Both the position numbers and the translations under genes were made by a program. Positions 34,301-41,310 of a stretch of DNA of 41,310 nucleotides are shown in pieces. Position 1 is the first letter of the stretch. Every line of letters starts with the position of its first letter. The notes under the pieces are model-generated. The model searched no databases. It was not told where the DNA came from and worked only from the letters and a program-made list of their open reading frames with translations. The stretch spans positions 1-41,310 of the forward strand of contig JAUCBJ010006605.1 in NCBI GenBank assembly GCA_032718475.1. The letters run 5' to 3'. This DNA comes from Nemertoderma westbladi (taxonomy: Eukaryota; Animalia; Xenacoelomorpha).

Positions 34301-37300
34301 ATGCACTAGACCGGTTAACCGTTGAGACCACGCTATGCGCTAACCGGTTAACCGTTGAGACCATGCTATGCGCTAACCGGTTAACCGTTGAGACCACGCT
34401 ATGCGCTAACCAGTTAACCGTTGAGACCACGCTATGCGCAACCGGTTAACCGTTGAGACCACGCTATGCGCTAACCGGTTAACCGTTGAGACCAAGCTAT
34501 GCGCTAACCGGTTAACCGTTGAGACCACGCTATGCGCTAACCGGTTAACCGTTGAGACCACGCTATGCGCTAACCGGTTAACCGTTGAGACCAAGCTATG
34601 CGCTAACCGGTTAACCGTTGAGACCACGCTAACCGGTTAACCGTTGAGACCACGCTAACCGGTTAACCGTTGAGACCACGCTAACCAGTTAACCGTTGAG
34701 ACCACGCTATGCGCTAACCGGTTAACCATTGAGACCACGCTATGCGCTAACCGCTTAACCGTTGAGACCACGCTATGCGCTAACCGGTTAACCATTGAGA
34801 CAACACTATGCGCTAACCGGTTAACCGTTGAGACCACGCTATGCGCTAACCGGTTAACCGTTGAGACCATGCTATGCGCTAACCGGTTAACCGTTGAGAC
34901 CAAGCTATGCGCTAACCGTTTAACTGTTGAGACCACGCTATGCGCTAACCGGTTAACCATTGAGACCACGCTATGCGCTAACCGGTTAACCGTTGAGACC
35001 ACGCTAACCGGTTAACCGTTGAGACCACGCTATGCGCTAACCGGTTAACCGTTGAGACCATGCTATGCGCTAACCGGTTAACCGTTGAGACCACGCTATG
35101 CGCTAACCGGTTAACCATTGAGACCACGCTATGCGCTAACCGGTTAACCGTTGAGACCACGCTATGCGCTAACCGGTTAACCGTTGAGACCACGCTATGC
35201 GCTAACCGGTTAACCATTGAGACCACGCTATGCGCTAACCGGTTAACCGTTGAGACCACGTTATGCGCTAACCGGTTAACCGTTGAGACCACGATATGCG
35301 CTAACCGGTTAACCATTGAGACAACGCTATGCACTAGACCGGTTAACCGTTGAGACCACGCTATGCGCTAACCGGTTAACCGTTGAGACCATGCTATGCG
35401 CTAACCGGTTAACCGTTGAGACCAAGCTATGCGCTAACCGGTTAACCGTTGAGATCACGCTATGCGCTAACCGGTTAACCATTGAGACCACGCTATGCGC
35501 TAACCGGTTAACCGTTGAGACCACGCTAACCGGTTAACCGTTGAGACCACGCTATACGCTAACCGGTTAACCGTTGAGACCACGCTATGCGCTAACCGGT
35601 TAACCGTTGAGACCACGCTATGCGCTAACCGGTTAACCATTGAGACCACGCTATGCGCTAACCGGTTAACCGTTGAGACCACGCTATGCGCTAACCGGTT
35701 AACCGTTGTGACCACGCTATGCGCTAACCGGTTAACCATTGAGACAACGCTATGCGTTAACCGGTTAACCGTTGAGACCACGCTATGCGCTAACCGGTTA
35801 ACCGTTGAGACCGCGCTATGCGCTAACCGGTTAACCATTGAGACCACGCTATGCGCTAACCGGTTAACCGTTGATACCACGCTATGCGCTAACCGGTTAA
35901 CCGTTGATACCATGCTATGCGCTAACCGGTTAACCGTTGAGACCACGCTAACCGGTTAACCGTTGAGACCAGGCTATGTGCTAACCGGTTAACCGTTGAT
36001 ACCACGCTATGCGCTAACCGGTTAACCGTTGAGACCACGCTATGCGCTAACCGGTTAACCGTTGAGACCACGCTAACCGGTTAACCGTTGAGACCACGCT
36101 ATGCGCTAACCAGTTAACCGTTGAGACCACGCTATGCGCTAACCGGTTAACCGTTGAGACCACGCTATGCGCTAACCGGTTAACCGTTGAGACCAAGCTA
36201 TGCGCTAACCGGTTAACCGTTGAGACCACGCTATGCGCTAACCGGTTAACCGTTGAGACCACGCTATGCGCTAACCGGTTAACCGTTGAGACCAAGCTAT
36301 GCGCTAACCGGTTAACCGTTGAGACCACGCTAACCGGTTAACCGTTGAGACCACGCTAACCGGTTAACCGTTGAGACCACGCTAACCAGTTAACCGTTGA
36401 GACCACGCTATGCGCTAACCGGTTAACCATTGAGACCACGCTATGCGCTAACCGCTTAACCGTTGAGACCACGCTATGCGCTAACCGGTTAACCATTGAG
36501 ACAACGCTATGCGCTAACCGGTTAACCGTTGAGACCACGCTTTGCGCTAACCGGTTAACCGTTGAGACCATGCTATGCGCTAACCGGTTAACCGTTGAGA
36601 CCAAGCTATGCGCTAACCGTTTAACTGTTGAGACCACGCTATGCGCTAACCGGTTAACCATTGAGACCACGCTATGCGCTAACCGGTTAACCGTTGAGAC
36701 CACGCTAACCGGTTAACCGTTGAGACCACGCTAACCGGTTAACCGTTGAGACCACGCTATGCGCTAACTGGTTAACCGTTGAGACCACGCTATGCGCTAA
36801 CCGGTTAACCGTTGAGACCACGCTATGCGCTAACCGGTTAAGCATTGAGACCACGCTATGCGCTAACCGGTTAACCGTTGAGACCACGCTATGCGCTAAC
36901 CGGTTAACCGTTGAGACCACGCTATGCGCTAACCGGTTAACCATTGAGACCACGCTATGCGCTAACCGGTTAACCGTTGAGACCACGTTATGCGCTAACC
37001 GGTTAACCGTTGAGACCACGCTATGCGCTAACCGGTTAACCATTGAGACCACGCTATGCGCTAACCGGTTAACCGTTGAGACCACGCTATGCGCTAACCG
37101 GTTAACCGTTGAGACCACGCTATGCGCTAACCGGTTAACCATTGAGACCACGCTATGCGCTAACCGGTTAACCGTTGAGACCAAGCTATGCGCTAACCGG
37201 TTAACCGTTGAGACCACGCTATGCGCTAACCGGTTAACCGTTGAGACCACGTTATGCGCTAACCGGTTAACCGTTGAGACCACGCTATGCGCTAACCGGT

Positions 37301-37914
37301 TAACCATTGAGACCACGCTATGCGCTAACCGGTTAACCGTTGAGACCACGCTATGCGCTAACCGGTTAACCGTTGAGACCACGCTATGCGCTAACCGGTT
37401 AACCATTGAGACCACGCTATGCGCTAACCGGTTAACCGTTGAGACCAAGCTATGCGCTAACCGGTTAACCGTTGAGACCACGTTATGCGCTAACCGGTTA
37501 ACCATTGAGACCACGCTATGCGCTAACCGGTTAACCGTTGAGACCACGCTAACCGGTTAACCGTTGAGACCACGCTATACGCTAACCGGTTAACCGTTGA
37601 GACCACGCTATGCGCTAACCGGTTAACCGTTGAGACCACGCTATGCGCTAACCGGTTAACCATTGAGACCACGCTATGCGCTAACCGGTTAACCGTTGAG
37701 ACCACGCTATGCGCTAACCGGTTAACCGTTGTGACCACGCTAACCGGTTAACCGTTGTGACCACGCTAACCGGTTAACCGTTGAGACCACGCTATGCGCT
37801 AACCGGTTAACCGTTGAGACCACGCTATGCGCTAACAGGTTAACCGTTGAGACCACGCTATGCGCTAACCGGTTAACCGTTGAGACCACACTATGCGCTA
37901 ACCGGTTAACCGTT
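31311..37914. repeat. 6.6-kb tandem array of a 33-bp unit (~200 copies, with interspersed 26-bp deletion variants) filling RWDD1 intron 3
   Basis: Plus consensus CGCTATGCGCTAACCGGTTAACCGTTGAGACCA; the 26-mer lacks CGCTATG; the last 12 bp (37903-37914) are RWDD1 exon 3 sequence. Confidence 0.98.
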
Positions 37915-38090
37915 TATCAGCCTTCGAGTCGGCCACAGAAATCCGTTTCTTGGGATCGAGGAATTCCGTATCGAAGCGCCGTTTCCATGCGAGGAAGGTT
38001 TCCACGGTTACCGGGGTTCCTATTAGTTTCCGTTTCAGCGCCTCTTCCGCCTCCGTCTGAACTATGTTCGCCAAGTCCAACGCGGTCTGT
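37903..38090 (-). CDS. RWDD1: RWDD1 coding exon 3
   Basis: Acceptor TTAATGCAG (38091), phase 2; ...EAEEALKRKLIGTPVTVETFLAWKRRFDTE...KRLT(G) carries the GTPVT.E.FL.WK..FD motif; phase-1 donor CCG|GTTAGC at 37902. Confidence 0.95.
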
Positions 38091-38340
38091 CTGCATTAAA
38101 TGAAATAAATAGTTAGTTAGTGGGTTAATTATTTAGATAGTTATTAAACTCTGACGTTCTAGAACTCTACAAACAACATCGATCTGATCGCAACGAAAAT
38201 TTCAACCAACAACTCTACCAATTAGGACTGGCATTTAAGTCCCATCCACAGAGTCACATATATGACCCAATTAGACTAATGGGTACTTATTACCGCATCC
38301 GGAATCTCCCAGTATACTGGACGGTTTATCAATGACTAAC

Positions 38341-38498
38341 TTATGAGTGTCGGAAATAGAGTTGAGATAATCCTTGCAACATGATATCAATGTGAATACC
38401 ATCACCTCTCCGACGGTTTCAGAAGCGGTATCGTTTAGAGTTCCAAGTAGATCGGAAGCTTCAACGTCAGTGAGACCACTGGAATCCAAAACTTCCAT
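38341..38498 (-). CDS. RWDD1: RWDD1 coding exon 2
   Basis: Acceptor AAATAG|ATG phase 0; ...ASETVGEVMVFTLISCCKDYL (RWD helix, G.VM.FTL); phase-2 donor AA|GTTAGT. Confidence 0.93.
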
Positions 38499-38989
38499 CT
38501 ATTTTATACAGAAATACAACGGGAGTTAATCGTGTCTGAGTCGGGAGCTGCATTATATACCACGAGTCCAACAGCTGAACAGAACAATATGAGGGATAAT
38601 GAATTGATAGAACTAGGCCTAAGCTACATCAGCCGAGCTGCTTGTCATTGGCAATATATTAATTCATAGGAATTAAACACCTATCTTTGTTAATAGTAAA
38701 TTCTTGGGAATTAAATGAATTCATTTTACCCGTCAATAACTTACTAACTCTCTGTGTTTAATGTTTGAAAAATAACAAAAATTAAATATCGGTTGTCATA
38801 GGAAGCAGGAAGGCATATTGTGTATTGGTACCGCGGAGCGTCAGATTCGAAACAGGTTTACTGTATACCCTATAAACTGCAAACCCTTTTTATAAATGTT
38901 TGATTATCAGGACTACCGTATGTCGTAAAAGCGGCATATTTAATGCTGCAATGAGTCATTAACTCTGACATTCAGTCGGACTGCCTTAC

Positions 38990-39211
38990 CCGGGGAGTAA
39001 TCTGAGGATAAGCGGCCGGTAACACGAACTGAAGTTCGACGAATACCGGTATATCTTCGGCAGTTACAGCGCCATCGGTGTCTGACTCGTCGGAATTCAC
39101 AAGGAGTTTAAAGGAATGCGGATTCTCGTCGATACGCGTAAACTTATCCGGGTAAATGGCGACTATCGCATCCAACTCATCGCTTTGTTCCTCAGAATTA
39201 TTTGAAGCCAT
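38990..39211 (-). CDS. RWDD1: RWDD1 coding exon 1 (exons total 735 nt = 244 aa)
   Basis: MASNNSEEQSDELDAIVAIYPD...LQFVLPAAYPQITP has the EEQ..EL.A...IYPD and YP...P RWD motifs; phase-0 donor CGG|GTAAGG. Confidence 0.95.
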
Positions 39212-39670
39212 TTCAATTTTCAAGGTTTAACTAACCATAACCTGATAACTGGCTGACTGGGTAAGGAAGGGTACGGTACAGATAGCGGTAACTATGTAGG
39301 TAGGCCTAATATATCCTATCGTCGTAGTTACAGTCCAGTAGTCAGGTAGTAGGTAGGCCTAGGGCCTAGCTACAGTGCTACAGCTACACTGTACTGCTGT
39401 ACTGTAGTACATGTACAAGTACAGTACAGGAGTACTGCAGTAGTAGGCATATTAGTGCTAGTAGTCAAGTAGTGCTAGTACAGTAGTACAAGTACAGTTA
39501 CAGTACCGGTAGTAGGCCCAAGTTACCGTTAGGCGTTAGGATTAATTATGCAGTACTGAATTAATTGAGATAACTGCAGTACCACTTACCAAGCGCGGTA
39601 GGCCTATTGCAGTAGTACCGTAACCAGTAACGGGAGCAGGGTACAGGGTAGGCCTAGGCCATGGTAGGCC

Positions 39671-40576
39671 CCAGGTTGGAATTAATGCTGCAAAACTCGG
39701 ACGCGTACCTGCGCGAATGACCGCAAACCAGATGCGCGTTGCGCGTTTGGGTGAGACAGGTGCGCGTTCGGGTGAGACAGGTGCGCGTTGCGCCTCAGCG
39801 CGCAGCTCTGCGTCTGATGCGCACCACAAATTAATTGAAATCACGAAAATACACAAAAAAAATTTCGCTCGCATTAGTTTCTCATTTACAATTCTTCAAA
39901 CAGTCAAATCACTTCACCATAATACTGAATTTGTCTATTTATTTTAACTACAGTACTCTATTGTTGTATTGTTATTAGGTCTATGCTATGCCGATGTTCA
40001 GTTGTTACGTTAGTAAACAGGTAAAGTCAGAAAGTAACAATGTATTATAAGTATGACTTAATTATAAACCAACTGCTGAACTGTATGTTCAAGCCTAATT
40101 GTTAGGTAGGCAGGTAGGCCTATACAAAGTATTACTGGCAGACTGGTAGGCCTACCTATTTCTGTATTTCAATATTCGTTTTTTTGAAATTACCGGTACA
40201 TGTTTTGTTTGTAATCTAAAATAATATTTTCTGTTATAAAAGCAGTGAGCCCGATGGGCCACCATAGTAGTGGATTAAAAAAATATTTTTATTAACAATT
40301 TTGATGTTGCAAAAATCACATTTATTACTGTATTATGTAAGCCTAGATTCAACGTACAGACAGACAGACGTAAAGATAAGCTTAAAACGCTCAAACTTGT
40401 AAAATAGAAATGTAAAATTGTTCTTATGAACTGTGCGATTTTTTGAGATATGCATGACATGAGCTGCGCGATTTTGTTTGGATTATGATGAGGTGCGCGA
40501 CGAGCCAATTTCAGGTGCGCGGTGATTTAAAAACAACAAAGCGTACCTGCGCGCTCATGCATGAATTCCAACCTGG
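39671..40576. mobile_element. Non-autonomous DNA transposon (906 bp, 8-bp TSD, hAT/P-like) ~460 bp upstream of the RWDD1 ATG
   Basis: TIR CCAGGTTGGAATT.ATGC...GCAT.AATTCCAACCTGG; exact TSD GGTAGGCC (39663-39670, 40577-40584); TGCGCG-rich subterminal repeats. Confidence 0.85.
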
Positions 40577-40879
40577 GGTAGGCCTAATGAAGTACTCAGG
40601 TACTGCAGTACTGCATAAGCATATTGAAGTAGGAAAAAACATTTTCTTACTCTTCACTGTTGCACTGTAACATTGCAGCACTGTGCGCTGTACAGCTGTA
40701 TGACTGCTGGACTCAGGACTGTAACAACATCAACCATGGCACCATGGACTGGACAGGTGAAATAAATCAATGAAAGTTTGCAATTCAAATTTCCCGCCAT
40801 AGCCCCTTATCTGTATTATTACAGGTTGTGTATTTTGTGTATTATCACTGGAGCTCTGCTGCTCAGGTTCCTGCAGCTA

Positions 40880-41240
40880 TTATTAGTTTGTTTGTTTGTG
40901 GCTGGCTGGCTGGGTTTAATGTTTGAATGGTAATAAGTCGGTCAATCATGGATGAGATGAAATGGAACCAAACTTGGTACACATATAGTCTATAAAAAGT
41001 CTACAAATTGCACAGTCAGACAGACTTCTACAGTTCATCTGTCTGCCGTTGACAGAAACATAAAAGTAGCTGTAATTATAGAACCAACAATCAGAATCAT
41101 CCGAAATGTGGTAGTAGTAACCAACAAGAATTGCTGATAAAGAAATTCTTCACACAGACACACTTTTACAGTTCCTCTGTCTGCCGCTAGAAGGCGAATT
41201 GTCTGAGCCCCAGTTCATCATGCTTAGCGCGACTTAATTA
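40880..41240 (+). mobile_element. Possible Helitron/Helentron-derived short element
   Basis: (GTTT)n/(GGCT)n microsatellite followed by CCAAACTTGGTACACATATA and an internal ~140-bp duplication (TACAGTTC.TCTGTCTGCCG); architecture resemblance only. Confidence 0.35.
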
Positions 41241-41310
41241 TTAATAAATAAACTAACCCAAAGTGATGATTGCATTTTAAACGGAAATTTTCTTAGAGGT
41301 TTTGTGGAAT

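Noticed and set aside
31423-37738. Many ORFs of (VSTVNRLAHSV)n / (CANRLTVETTL)n
   Set aside because: By-product of a 33-bp unit lacking stops in some frames; broken by 26-bp variants; the RWDD1 frame hits TAG at once.
31311-37914. CRISPR array or synthetic construct (each unit has BsaI, AgeI and HpaI sites)
   Set aside because: No unique spacers, no cas genes, eukaryotic context; the unit is continuous with native exon and intron sequence and shows natural variants.
39290-39670. Dense TAGGCCTA / TACAGTA / TACCGGTA motifs as a specific regulatory array
   Set aside because: The same short motifs recur throughout the window, so they look like genome-wide low-complexity bias.

Overview
AT-rich, intron-containing, TE-dense eukaryotic (invertebrate-animal-like) DNA; no prokaryotic features, CRISPR, tRNA or rRNA seen. 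Host genes reconstructed by hand: first coding exon of TOMM22 (minus, 4809-4980, missed by the ORF track), a two-exon GT31/B3GALT-type glycosyltransferase (plus, 20489-22850) and a complete four-exon RWDD1/DFRP2 (minus, 39211-30906, 244 aa). A decayed BEL/Pao retrotransposon lies on the minus strand (gag ~16970-15127 fused by deletion to RT-RNaseH-IN 15126-11918), with no LTR pair found. Many non-autonomous TIR elements, some nested, and LINE fragments fill the rest. Highlights: (1) a 6.6-kb array of ~200 33-bp units that is an amplification of RWDD1's own exon3/intron3 junction, giving ~200 duplicate 5' splice sites behind an in-frame stop; (2) eight co-varying hairpin modules upstream of gag that fold best antisense to the element, with kink-turn, cUUCGg and loop-E-like motifs; (3) a decayed non-Env accessory ORF downstream of pol, preceded by a sense-strand G-U-rich hairpin. 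All folding and homology calls are by eye, not computed.
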